A stretch of 61,276 nt of DNA, counting the filler, from Globobulimina sp. (lineage: Eukaryota): NCBI GenBank assembly GCA_003354225.1. It is 19 parts of 19 records of this genome, joined end to end, with 100 filler letters (N's around TTAATTAATTAA, not from the genome) between each part and the next. Parts side by side here need not be neighbours in the genome. Positions count along the whole stretch, not along the records: positions 35,544 to 38,673 come from PIVH01003644.1; positions 38,774 to 41,903 come from PIVH01003645.1; positions 42,004 to 45,132 come from PIVH01003646.1; positions 45,233 to 48,361 come from PIVH01003647.1; 15 more parts are not named here. One strand, written 5' to 3'. The position numbers and the translations under genes are program-made. Positions 35,544 to 47,283 of the stretch are shown piece by piece (positions within the stretch are counted from its first letter, which is position 1; each line of letters starts with the position of its first letter). Below the pieces are notes generated by a model. The model was not told the DNA's origin, did no database searches, and worked only from the letters and a program-made list of their open reading frames with translations.

Positions 35544-36784
35544 GGTATCCATTCCATTAATTGAATCTCTTCATTAATATTCAAGATACTCGATTGCATT
35601 CGTTTGAATTTTGGGGTTTGTATTGTCAATACATTGGAATATATTTTATTAATATTTAATGCCGCTACACAAATACGAAAATCATATTTTGTTGATCCAA
35701 TTAATAAACCTGCTCTTCCCTTAATACTTACATCTGTCACTGGTTCTGCATGCTTGTAATCGTCTTTCTCGTCCACCTTATCCTCATAATCATCGCCATT
35801 TGCTTCATATAAATTGATCTCAGTTTGAGTTGGTTGTAATGATCGCAATACTTTCCATTTTTCAGCACCATCAGCAGTGCTTAATAAATATGGTTTAAAT
35901 TGTAATTGAAATTTTACCTTTGCGTTTTTTTGCAATTTAAATAAATCTGATTTCCACGAAATAATTGCTTGAGTTTGCTTAAATTTTATTTCATTAAAAA
36001 CTACATCAGAATCTAATATATTATCCATTTTTTGGGTGAATGTTTTAAATGATTGGAGATCTGCTTCATATTCCATTCTAGGCTGAGTTGGCAATGACAT
36101 ATCATTTTGAAAATATAATTTATAATTTAACAATTCGTGTTGTGATGATTCGATATGCTGTGTGATGGTAATTTGTTTTTCTGTGATATCTAATTTTTTG
36201 TCATTTATGATTTTTTTAAAATCAGCACTTGATTTCTCTAAAACTTGCAAGGATTGTTTTACTTTTATAGACTCCTTTTTTAATATCGATAATTTACTAT
36301 TTTTAAGCGTTTCTAATTTGGTCAACATCTCAGATTGTTGTTGTGTTAATATCTGCGATATTGTTTCATAATATTCATTGATTTTAACTTCTGCGCGTTT
36401 TGCATTGGTATGAACCGCTTCCATTGCTTGCTGTAATTTGGCTGTGTTTTGTTTTGTTGCTTCTTTATTTTTTGATAGCCCCAATATATAATTATTTTGT
36501 TCCGTTGTTAATACGACAAATGTTGATGTTGTTGCTGATAATGGATATAATGAGACTCCTGAACCCTGAATTTTGCGTAATTTATTTACAATTAAGCCAA
36601 CTTGGTATTTTTTAATGTCCAAATCTAATAATGTTGAACGTAAATCTTCCTCACCTAATTCAAATAATATATCATAATCAATACCCTCTTCGTCTAATTT
36701 TGCTCGAGCCTCTGAGGCATGTTTTGTTTGTTTTAAACACGATGATAAAAATTGACCTAATTGATCTGTTTGAGCACCTTCCAT
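35544..36784 (-). CDS. SAM-like + coiled-coil + FN3-like protein running into a probable TLDc domain, 3'-truncated
   Basis: KLDEEGIDYDILFELGEEDLR (SAM-like); B-box-C-terminal-like coiled coil; AIISW...YDFRICVAALN...YSNVLTIQT (FN3-like); SSILNINEEIQLMEWI (typical TLDc lead-in). Confidence 0.65.
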
Positions 36785-37019
36785 TTTTGAACTAAACGAT
36801 ATTCCTTGGAATTTTTTGGAATACACGTTTCAAAAACTGTAAAAGTGAGTCACAAAAGCTTTGAAAACGTGTAAAAGGAAAGGAAAGGAAATATTATTAG
36901 TTGGTTGTATCAAATCAATATTTATTTGTTAAATTGGGTTATAGACTGATACAATGAGAGAGAAAAATGGTTAAAACAGGAGAGAAAGAAAGAAAGAAAA
37001 AAAAAGGGAAAAAAACAAT

Positions 37020-38306
37020 TCAATTTTTAGATTGAGACATACAATTTTGTAAAAGAATAAATTTGCATGATGATGGTACAAGATTTAACTCATCAATTCC
37101 AGCTGCTTGATATGTTTTATTTTCCCAAATATCAATACACTCGCATAGCAATGGCATAGTATTATCGCTTAATGGCAATTGATTAAACTTCAATGAAACC
37201 GTATAATTCAAAGTTAAATTTTTATTTAGATATAAAATAGCAGCATCGCCAACATTTTTTGGCATAGGTTTATAAAATAACTGCGTTTCATTATTATTTT
37301 TGTTTTTTAACTCAATATATTCACTCCTAAATTCATTCGATATATTAAAATATAAAATTTCATCACCACCATTATTTAAATAGTTTTGATTGACACGAAT
37401 TGCATATTTATTTGAAATAATATTAAAAACAGTTTGTGACAAATTCGTCAAATTCATACCGATCACCAACGGCGATGACATAATGCTCCATAAACCAAAG
37501 TGTGCTTCGTTTTGTAATATCCTCGCCGTATCATTCTCATTTCGTATTTTTAATTTCCCGATATCGATTTCCAGCAAATCTAAATCAGTCCAAGCGCCGG
37601 GCTGTGCATATTGGCCAAAACCAATGCCACATTCAAGATTATGAATAAGTGAATTCCATCCTGGATTAATATCTGTGGATATCCTCCAGGAATTTGCTAG
37701 ATTTATGCACCAGGACTGCCAATTCGTTCTGCCATGTTCTGCATCATTCATACATTGGTTTCTGCAGTCACTAAACACCATTGGCCTTCCGGTGGCATTC
37801 ATAGTGTCACGGAATTGGAATATAATTTGAGTATCATTGCCTTGGACATTACAGTCATCCACTTTAAGCATATCAACATTCCAACTTGCAAATAATGCGA
37901 CATCCTGATATATAAAATTCTGGCTCGAATCTTTCTTATTACCGCAAGAAGCAACACATGCATTTGTATAATGGCCATAGAATAATCCTTTTGAATGTAA
38001 GTAATCAGTTACTTCAGCTACTCCGTTGGGAAAGAAATGTGGGTCGATTGATAAATAACCAGTTTGGTTGCGAAGCCATGTATTATTTTCAATTAAACAG
38101 GCACAGCCATCAATGTTTACGTGTTTATAACCTAAATCGCTTAAACCTGTCGAAATTAATAAATCACCAATTGACATTAAGACAGATGCGTTCCATGGCA
38201 TTTTACCATTATAGGTATCCCAGCCCATTACAGGTTTAACACCAACTCCATTATTTAAACTATTAGCTTTTAATATTATACTTATAAAAAGTGACCATAA
38301 AAGCAT
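37020..38306 (-). CDS. Secreted GH27 alpha-galactosidase-like glycoside hydrolase
   Basis: Signal peptide; LNNGVGVKPVMGWDTYN, DMLKVDDC (nucleophile), NSWRISTDI (acid/base), HFGLWSIMSSPL, C-terminal beta-sandwich. Confidence 0.9.
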   Translation of the reverse strand: MLLWSLFISIILKANSLNNGVGVKPVMGWDTYNGKMPWNASVLMSIGDLLISTGLSDLGYKHVNIDGCACLIENNTWLRNQTGYLSIDPHFFPNGVAEVTDYLHSKGLFYGHYTNACVASCGNKKDSSQNFIYQDVALFASWNVDMLKVDDCNVQGNDTQIIFQFRDTMNATGRPMVFSDCRNQCMNDAEHGRTNWQSWCINLANSWRISTDINPGWNSLIHNLECGIGFGQYAQPGAWTDLDLLEIDIGKLKIRNENDTARILQNEAHFGLWSIMSSPLVIGMNLTNLSQTVFNIISNKYAIRVNQNYLNNGGDEILYFNISNEFRSEYIELKNKNNNETQLFYKPMPKNVGDAAILYLNKNLTLNYTVSLKFNQLPLSDNTMPLLCECIDIWENKTYQAAGIDELNLVPSSCKFILLQNCMSQSKN

Positions 38307-38393
38307 GGTTTTGTGCGCACAGAAAAATGCAAGCACCAAAAACTGTTTTTGAAAGTCGGATTAATATTCGTTGCAACTGACACTCACAGTTCC

Positions 38394-38573
38394 ATGGCAC
38401 TAATCTCTTGTCTTTACACAGTCGTTTTTATGGTTGTTATTTTGGTGTTTACATGGCCTGTTTATATTTATTTTATGTTCAAATGGTATCGAAACCGAAA
38501 AGAAAGTAAAGTCACTAATTCAGTGCCATTTCATTCGTCTCAGCAACGATATCAAGGTTATCAACTCAATTAA
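38394..38573 (+). CDS. N-terminal TM fragment of a membrane protein
   Basis: MALISCLYTVVFMVVILVFTWPVYIYFMFKWYRNRK resembles TM1 of 7TM proteins; continuation unclear near the contig edge. Confidence 0.3.
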   Translation: MALISCLYTVVFMVVILVFTWPVYIYFMFKWYRNRKESKVTNSVPFHSSQQRYQGYQLN

Positions 38574-39011
38574 AAACTTAATGTGCTACAAAATATGTAA
38601 GTAATTGTTTATTATGTCCTTTTACATATAAATACGGTGACATAATTCAGTATTTATTCGTTTAGTCTGTTAANNNNNNNNNNNNNNNNNNNNNNNNNNN
38701 NNNNNNNNNNNNNNNNNTTAATTAATTAANNNNNNNNNNNNNNNNNNNNNNNNNNNNNNNNNNNNNNNNNNNNATGATTATGCGTGAGTGACTTTGCGAT
38801 TTTCCGGAAAGTTTCCACTATAATGCATGAGTATCATTCATTTTATTTTTAGCATTTGACATATATAGCAGCTGTCATCATAATTATTATAATGGATTAT
38901 TTTATACAAATTTTATAAATCTCATCTATATTTAGTAAACGTTCATAATTATATCATAAACAATCAGTATCCACCACCAAAATACCCAAACCATACATTG
39001 TGCCTTCAATT

Positions 39012-40475
39012 ATGTTAAAAAGCATATTAACAATATTATCAATATTGTTGCCATCTCTATTCAACGGCAGTAAACATGCACAAAGAAGACTACTCGGTGC
39101 CAGAAACCTACCTTATACATTACAAGAAATCGAACGATTGAATGATTTATTTATTCCAGCATTTAAAAAGGAGGGTTTCATTCATGTATTAATGTTTGGT
39201 GAAGAAAGTGATGCGATTAAATTCGGATTAAAGCAACGGTTTTGGCCTCAAGATGCAATTGAAAAATTGCTCAGAGAACAACCTGATTATAATTATCAAT
39301 CAGCTCAAATTAAACGAGTTGATCTATTGTCAGGCCATCCGGATCAATATCAGCTTACTATTACTTGTAACTTATTAAGTATGCAAAGCAAAGAAAAAAT
39401 ATTTTTAATTACGCCATCAATATTTACTCAATTTCTTGCTTTTGGTACAAAACTACCCCAATTGCAGATGAATAAATTTGCACAACCAAAAGTACAGAAT
39501 TTTATACAGCATCGCAAAAAGCAATTGGCGATATTGCATGATGGTAAGTTTAGTATCATTCCAGCTGCAGATGATCAAAAACATTTAATTTACGATGTTT
39601 ATAAAGCAATTCAAATTGGATTGGGATTGGACAGCAACTGGCATTTAAAGGATGATATTGATCAACTTCGCACTATTCCAGAATTATTTGACCATATACT
39701 TTCTTTCTACAATACTGCAATTTATATCATTTTTGCTGAGGATTATACAATGACTGTGGATACACTTAAATATGCACCTGCTGTGCATGGAGAACGTAAT
39801 ACATTAACTTTGATGTATTGGATTAGTTGTAAACAATGGAGTGCCATTGAAATCAAAAAACATTCTCCAGCATCCAAGAGAAAACCTGCAGTCCAGCACC
39901 AACATCTTGACGAAGTCCAACAGATAAAGTTTGCAGATATTAAACAAAAAGGATATACAGAAATAATACGGCTGGATGATATTGTTGGACAGATTGAAGA
40001 TCAATTTTTAAAAAAAGAAGCAATTGGTTATGCGGACACAATCAAAGAAAGAGTACAGAAAGATGAAGAACTGACTGATTGCTGGAATATGTATCAAATA
40101 TTTAAAACAACTCACCACAATGCTGCAATATTAAATATGTTTAACAAAGAAGGAGTATTAATTCAGGATGCAGCCGATTTTTTGGATGCAGTGGGTCAAC
40201 AAATTGGTGATGGTAAAACAGCAAATGATGTTTTAAGTTATTTAAGAAAGTCGGTTCAAGATGAAAATGATATGAATGTATTGAATGGTGGATCTGTAGC
40301 ATCAATGTCCGAATTGATTTCAAAAATATATAAAGTTAATGTTAGATTGTATCAGGATGACTATGGTCTTACAATGGAACGGAAATATATTGGAGATGAT
40401 GCAGGCAGAGCTTATCCAGATGTTAGAATATATCAGGATTCTAATGGCAAATATCATGCTGTCATAAAAAGCTAG
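39012..40475 (+). CDS. Secreted protein with RRLL motif and two degenerate OTU-like segments
   Basis: Signal peptide MLKSILTILSILLPSLFNG, then HAQRRLLG; C-terminal GGSVASMSELISKIYKVNVRLYQ...VRIYQDSNGKYHAV. The ORF is solid; the OTU call is tentative. Confidence 0.65.
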   Translation: MLKSILTILSILLPSLFNGSKHAQRRLLGARNLPYTLQEIERLNDLFIPAFKKEGFIHVLMFGEESDAIKFGLKQRFWPQDAIEKLLREQPDYNYQSAQIKRVDLLSGHPDQYQLTITCNLLSMQSKEKIFLITPSIFTQFLAFGTKLPQLQMNKFAQPKVQNFIQHRKKQLAILHDGKFSIIPAADDQKHLIYDVYKAIQIGLGLDSNWHLKDDIDQLRTIPELFDHILSFYNTAIYIIFAEDYTMTVDTLKYAPAVHGERNTLTLMYWISCKQWSAIEIKKHSPASKRKPAVQHQHLDEVQQIKFADIKQKGYTEIIRLDDIVGQIEDQFLKKEAIGYADTIKERVQKDEELTDCWNMYQIFKTTHHNAAILNMFNKEGVLIQDAADFLDAVGQQIGDGKTANDVLSYLRKSVQDENDMNVLNGGSVASMSELISKIYKVNVRLYQDDYGLTMERKYIGDDAGRAYPDVRIYQDSNGKYHAVIKS

Positions 40476-40614
40476 TTTGTTTAATTTGTACTTTAACGTT
40501 TAGATATTTTATAAAAATAATTAATTAATAACTCTTGTAATCTTGCAATCTCTTTGCAAACAAAAGAATTGATATTGAAGTTTTCGTGAAGTAAGTTAGT
40601 CATCAAACTGAAGT

Positions 40615-41646
40615 ATGGGAGCCTGTCTTAATAATCGTTTCGAATATACAGCAGCATCACAGAATTCCTTTGAGTCAAAATATAAAAATGTAATCAATAC
40701 ATTAACAAGTTGGTGGAATGAAAATCTCGAAGTATTGTCAGATGATAAGTATTTAGAATGCGCATTAACATTTTATAACAATTTGTTCACTAAAATGCAA
40801 TCTGTGAGAGACATATTCCTATCACGCAACATCGACATGAATGTGCAGGCACTAAAAATGTTGGGCATGTTCAGATGGATAATATTAACGTTAACTAATT
40901 CCTCGTTATCCAACAATACGATAATAGCCTTGCATCAATTAGGAACATTGCATGACAATCTCGGGCTTGTATTAGATGATTATTTGGATGCTGGTGATGT
41001 TTTCCATGAAACGATGAGCCACGTTTTTGCAAATACATATACTTTGCGAGTCAAATGGTGTTTTGATGTGTTGTATGAAATTATGGTCGGCGTTATGATG
41101 GGAAATGATTTTAGCAAATTATGTGAAACACAAACGGATAAATTAATGTTGCTATGGGGACACATTAATGAGCCTGGAAATTCAGTTTCTGATTGTTTGA
41201 ATAATCAGAACGTTATGACATATTTACAATTATTTATGAAAGAAAAATTTTGTATTGAATTATTTTTGTTTATTACTGATTACAGGAAATACAAATTAAT
41301 TACAAATAAAGATGCTATTATCAAATTTGGTGAGTATATGGAGGGAATGTATATTGATTTCAATTCGGAACAAGAAATAAATATAAGTGGAGAGTGTAGA
41401 AACGCATTTTATCAGAATTTGGAAAGTGTTGATGATAATGTACATACGTACACATATACACACATTACGTATGATGATTGCTATGAGGAAGTACTTCAAT
41501 TAATTGCAATGTCGGTTTTTCCATATTTCAAAAAAGCTATTAAAGGATGTGTTGATTCAATAAATGTGAAAGTTCCTCCGGCAAAATTAGCAAAAAAAAT
41601 TGATTTCGTGTATATCTCAAACAGATCCAATTCATTGCTTTTTTGA
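40615..41646 (+). CDS. N-acylated globin-RGS fusion protein
   Basis: MGACL start; globin about 40680-41100 (FYNNLF, RDIF, QALKML, LGTLHDNLG); RGS about 41180-41535 (FMKEKFCIELFLFITDYRKY, YIDFNSEQEINIS, EVLQLIAMSVFPYF); one intronless ORF. Confidence 0.85.
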   Translation: MGACLNNRFEYTAASQNSFESKYKNVINTLTSWWNENLEVLSDDKYLECALTFYNNLFTKMQSVRDIFLSRNIDMNVQALKMLGMFRWIILTLTNSSLSNNTIIALHQLGTLHDNLGLVLDDYLDAGDVFHETMSHVFANTYTLRVKWCFDVLYEIMVGVMMGNDFSKLCETQTDKLMLLWGHINEPGNSVSDCLNNQNVMTYLQLFMKEKFCIELFLFITDYRKYKLITNKDAIIKFGEYMEGMYIDFNSEQEINISGECRNAFYQNLESVDDNVHTYTYTHITYDDCYEEVLQLIAMSVFPYFKKAIKGCVDSINVKVPPAKLAKKIDFVYISNRSNSLLF

Positions 41647-42383
41647 GATACATTATATTATAGATGTAGCCAGATTTTATCTTGTTGTAAATATATATAT
41701 TAAATCTGGTTCATCATTCCCTTACTTATTTCTATTACTAAATCTGAGTGTTTTTGCTGGATATTAATAAATTAGTTGTACATATTTCAGATCATATATC
41801 GTTTTCAGGATTCGAACGCAAATATCAAGGCTGAGAAAAAAAAGCTCACAATTTTCAATAAAACTTGAAAAAACTTGCATTAAATATTGAAAGAAATCTT
41901 TGANNNNNNNNNNNNNNNNNNNNNNNNNNNNNNNNNNNNNNNNNNNNTTAATTAATTAANNNNNNNNNNNNNNNNNNNNNNNNNNNNNNNNNNNNNNNNN
42001 NNNGCAATCACAGTTATGTATTATTGTAAATACTGTCATTATTCATTAATAATAATATATTTATATAACCGTAATTACCGTATAAACAGAGACAGAGCCA
42101 ATGGAGCTACCACAAAAGGTGAATGTTGGTTGGCTATCTTATCCAAACCAAATAATGGTTGTTCTAATTCTATTAATTCGCAAAAATTTATCAACGCAAT
42201 AACAAACTGCAATATTCAGTCAATGAGCACAGTTAAAACACACTCTCTTTCTCTTATCCTCGCACAATAATTATTTACATATTAATTAAATTAAATGATA
42301 AGATATCCCGTCATCGCTCAGGATTCAGTGCTAAACTGCGCCGCAATGACTTATTATCACCGAGGACATCATTAAGAAACATT

Positions 42384-45132
42384 ATGAATACAATTACAAA
42401 CAACAAATCTGATACAAATTCCATTGAGAACAAATCCATTAACACTCAAAATGAAGCAGACCAACCCAATGAAATAGCCACTGATTCTGATTTAGATGAT
42501 AACCAATTTGGAATATTAAAGAAATTACCAACATGGAAAAAGTTAAAATTATCAGTTTATGAACGGAGACAACGATGGCGGCGCAAACAAAAAACTATAC
42601 AGCGCTTAAAACGAAAACAACAAAAAACTGTGAAACCAGTTGCAAAAACACCATCGGACCGCAAAATAAACAAAATAAGACTGACCAAACCGAGGAGTAC
42701 AGAGTGGACAGGCACCGCCTTTACATATTCCGATTTGGATTTCAGTTCCACCGATAATGACTTTGATGATATCATCAAAGGACCGAGTCCGCCGCCGAGG
42801 AAAATGATGAGTGCCGAACTCAAAGCGATGTGCGGCAATCTCATCAATGAGTTATTATCCAGTCCGCGTTCCTTTTATTTCAGCGATTATTTCCCATTTC
42901 ATAAGTGGGGTTTGACCGATTATAATGATTACTTTTCGGCAAATTACCTCCATTTAAATCTGGTCAAGCAACAGTTAGAACGGGACGAGTATGAAACGCC
43001 TGGCTTATTTGCTGCTGCTGTAAGGACTATATTTAACAATGCAACATTGTACCATTGGGACGGCGCAAAGCAATATCGAATTAAAGTCAAAGCGATGTTG
43101 TTAACGGAGGAATTCGAGGAGAAATATTTGGATATTTTGGTATGTGTTTTTGTTGCCATTCTTAAATTAAATGTGTTTTTTGCCATTTGAAGTAAAGCCA
43201 CACTCAAAAAATGCTTGTTTATGTCACATGTCAACCTCAGGCTGAAGATGAAGTCTCGCAAAAGATACGCCAACAACTCATTCACTCTCAGCAACAGCGA
43301 GAAGAGAAACGAGTGGAAGAGCGTAAGCATAAAATATCCTCCACGTCGTACGAGGCCTGTACAGAAACTGGAGACTATTCCGGCAGTGATGGTGACATTG
43401 AGGATGAATCTGATGATGATGACGAATACAGCGTGTCAAGGAAGACACATTTGACACATCACCAACCCTCCACCACCAATACAAGTATCACTATGAACAG
43501 CATCGCAGAGCAGAAACAAGGCACTGTTGCGGATGGGGACGAAATCTGTGAAATGTTGAAGAAATTACAACAATTAACCGACGTTACAGACGTACAAACT
43601 ATGAAAGAGACGAATGACTACATCAACAACATACGTTTGGAGCTAATGATCGCTCAGAAAATCAGCCGGGAATCGCCGCGTTTGCAGAAAATGAGATTTT
43701 TGAAGCAATTGCATGCCTCACAGTTGTTAATGGAAAAGAAACAAAGAGATATGATTTCGTACAGAACCAAGAATATGACGCCTCGGAATAACTACAATAC
43801 ATTTTTTCCGGATGAAAATTATACTGAAAATGCCTGGAATCGACGTAAAAACATCAGCCGTGACAGCAGCATAACTTCGCGCGGCTCGCATACTTTTATC
43901 CGTGCACACGATCTGAGCATCCGATATGCGGTCAACTTCCCCAAATCCATCACTATCAAAGCAAATAAGCGCATCGTCGACGACAACGAAGGTCAGTTAG
44001 TTAACAATCAAACTCTTATGGCATGAATAAAAATGCATAACACATCAAATATGACCATAAACGTTTGCTTGTTTGCACGAATTCTGATTACATACACTCC
44101 ACAAACAAAAAAAAAGGAACCGCATTGTCCAAAACCGTATCGGTAGAGTCTGTCCACTCTGTTGCTATATTGCAGGAAGGGGATGAATCTGAGACAGAAT
44201 TCGAACAGTTACCGTCGGAAATGACGGACGAGAAATTGATTGAGGAGCATACCGACGACCTATGGGCCGCGATGCCGTTGGTTCCAGTGGACATATTGGA
44301 GAAAGCAGTGAGTAATGACGGCGTGACCTTTGTTGAAAGCGAGTGTATAGTCTGTAATGATTTTAGTGGCGCACAGCATTTGTTGACCGATGAATATTTT
44401 GCCTACACATACTCGTACGTTAAAGGCCAATTTATGGCTCATTTTGGTCAGTTGCGAGTGGGCCGCGATGTGTTTGTGGATAAATTGCATTATATCTTCG
44501 ACAGCCATCAAGAATTAAGTTGGTTGCGACTGAATTTGACGAACTATTATGTGACACCGAAAAGTATCCTGCCGATGGAATGCATGAATGATACGCAGAT
44601 GAATGCGACACGGAATGCGTTGTATGGATTGTTGCAGATATTGCAGCCGACTGCGCAAAGTATGTCTGCTGCGGAGGTTATCTATCAACATAAGTTATAT
44701 TTGTATCAATTGTTGAAGCTATCGGGTGTTATTTTGGTCGATGAGCATGAGCCTGACTTGGATGAATACGACGAGTTTATATTATCTTTGGATGAGTTAT
44801 GGGCTTTAACCGACGATCAAAGCGACAGCGATATCGATGGCGAGGATCATTTGGATGTAATTGAGCCATTTGGCGGCCATGGCGCTGATCCGTTGTTGTC
44901 GTTAACTAAAACAAAGAGTAAACCCGGCAGCACGCCAGTTGTTGTATGCAATACCTTTAGTTTTGCAGACGTCTATGAAACACGGTTTGCATCGCATGAT
45001 ATGAACGATAATCGATATCGCAATGCGAATACATGCGATAATGATGAATTAATCCCATTTATTAACAGTGAATCAGATGAAGCCGAAGAGATAATTCCTA
45101 TGCCATTAAATGGGACAGATTATGCACATCAG
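42384..45132 (+). CDS. Divergent bromodomain-containing protein, at least 3 exons, 3'-truncated
   Basis: GLTDYNDYF..YLHLNLVKQQLERDEYETPGLFAAAVRTIFNNATLYH; introns 43140-43240 and 43992-44116 join three ORFs in frame. Confidence 0.7.
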
Positions 45133-45319
45133 NNNNNNNNNNNNNNNNNNNNNNNNNNNNNNNNNNNNNNNNNNNNTTAATTAATTAANNNNNNNNNNNN
45201 NNNNNNNNNNNNNNNNNNNNNNNNNNNNNNNNCGATACAAATCGGAAAAAGGACATACCGCAAACAAACATTTTGAGACAAAAAAGAAATAATGATACAA
45301 CACTTAACGGTCAATATAC

Positions 45320-46237
45320 TTAACGAACATATTGCATATCAACATTGATACTCTTCAAGGTTGAAAATATACAATAATTCGGAATTACATCTCCATTGGA
45401 ATTTAACACATCAAATTTATACTCATGCACATCACCATGAAGCACCCACCGAATGCAATTGTCATTAATAGAAAAATTATGAATATCGGCATATTTCCAT
45501 ACAAACCAAACCTTACCTCTCATCACAACGCGACACTCACCATTGGTGTCAATCATTATGTCCATATTACGATTATTATTTAAAGTATATGATTTATCAA
45601 AGATGTTGTTCTCATCAATTACATCGATATAACAATCGACATTGTCGTTGCAGAAGTAAACGGAATTATTGGTGTTATTACGATAATTATTATTATAATT
45701 ATTAGAATTATTATTCATATTATTATTATTCGGACTGTATTCACTGTAATCAACCACATTATTGGTATTATTAATATTATCCGTATGCATTTTATCCACT
45801 GCCGCTGATAACTGATTCATCCTTTTATCGTAGTTGAATTCCAACGCATCTCCAATTTCTTCGACCATACTCAACATTTGATGATATTCTTCGTTTAAAC
45901 TCTCTTCGTCGACGTTGTCGAAATGGTCTTTTCCATTCCTATTATCAAACACTAATTTCATCATTTTATCAAATAACAACATTTCGGTTTTAGTTTACGC
46001 ATCTTCGACCTCAATACCTTCCTCGCTCTCTTAATTTATATCCTCTTGTGCTTCTAATTCTGTTTTAACTTCTTGTGCATTGTTAACATTATCCGAATAC
46101 GTTCGATTGATATTTTTAGAATTTATATTATCAACATTAGCATTGCAGTCTGTCATGTTATTGTTTTTTTTCCATTCGATGTTTGGTGCAAATGAGAATG
46201 CTGACGCTTCGGTTTCTTCTTTTTGTTGGTTCGACAT
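45320..46237 (-). pseudogene. Asn-rich protein gene with two in-frame TAA codons
   Basis: ORFs 46031-46252 and 45320-45982 share a frame, bridged by EDIN*ESEEGIEVEDA*TKTEMLL; C-terminus is beta-rich, possibly PH-like. Confidence 0.5.
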
Positions 46238-46532
46238 AATCTGTATTACCAACTATCAAATAAAAAAACAGAGAAAATATTATGTTCACTTGACTTTAGA
46301 TCGATTTGGTTGATTGCAAATGAGTTGATTGCAAATGTGTTGTATATTTTAAGTTAAATTGAATTTGAATATGATAAACTGCTGAAAATATTATGTTTAC
46401 TTGACTTGAGATTTGAAATGTTCACATTTATTTATCATGTCGCACTCAATATGGCTGATGTCTGATGACAGCTGCGATTATTTCATAATTTTCTAAATTT
46501 ATCCATCGAGTTTGAAGTAACGTGAAAAAGAA

Positions 46533-47129
46533 ATGGATACTAACGTGCATTTATTAACAGCAGCAACATTCGTAATGACAGTGGGTGTTGCTTTTTATTT
46601 TCAATACAGATTTTCTAAAAAATCATCATCCAAAGAAACTAAAATTAAATACAAAACAGCACAAAGATTTCCAAATACTCAAATTGTAGAAAGTGATTCA
46701 TTTTATCTCAAATCTGGAGACACCAAATGTGGCCAAAAAAGTGAACAAGAATTAGCAACATTGCTTGAGAGAACATTGAAGAAAATGTCTTTCGAGGAAG
46801 TATATCTCAAAAGAATTACGGACAGAGAAAAGGTGTTTGAATATCATTTGAAGCATGGTGAAGCAATTAGAATTTTAACATCTATTTCCAACAAAAAAAA
46901 CAAACACAAAAACAAGAATAAGAGTACTGTGTTTTGCAGAAAAAATTTTAAAATCGGATTGGTTGATAAATATGGAAAATATGTAATTCATGCTCAATTT
47001 CCAAAGCTTGCTGTTGTTGATCATTCCAAAGGAACAATTGCTCAGAGCATTGATAAATTAATGGAACGAATTGAGAATATTTCGCAGGAAATGCAAGATG
47101 AGTATGATCTCATCGCAGACAATGAATAA
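46533..47129 (+). CDS. Hypothetical protein with N-terminal membrane anchor
   Basis: 198-aa ORF; hydrophobic residues 6-24 followed by a basic stretch. Confidence 0.6.
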   Translation: MDTNVHLLTAATFVMTVGVAFYFQYRFSKKSSSKETKIKYKTAQRFPNTQIVESDSFYLKSGDTKCGQKSEQELATLLERTLKKMSFEEVYLKRITDREKVFEYHLKHGEAIRILTSISNKKNKHKNKNKSTVFCRKNFKIGLVDKYGKYVIHAQFPKLAVVDHSKGTIAQSIDKLMERIENISQEMQDEYDLIADNE

Positions 47130-47283
47130 TTGAAAAACTATGAATCTTGTGTATGATTATAATTAATTGTTAAATCGCTTCGTCCATTCTACTCCAGCTT
47201 CAATTTCACGCAAAAACGCTTATTTCTTTACATCTCCTTGCGCTTTTTATAATTTTATCTGTTCGGCTTTTTATAAAACCAAA

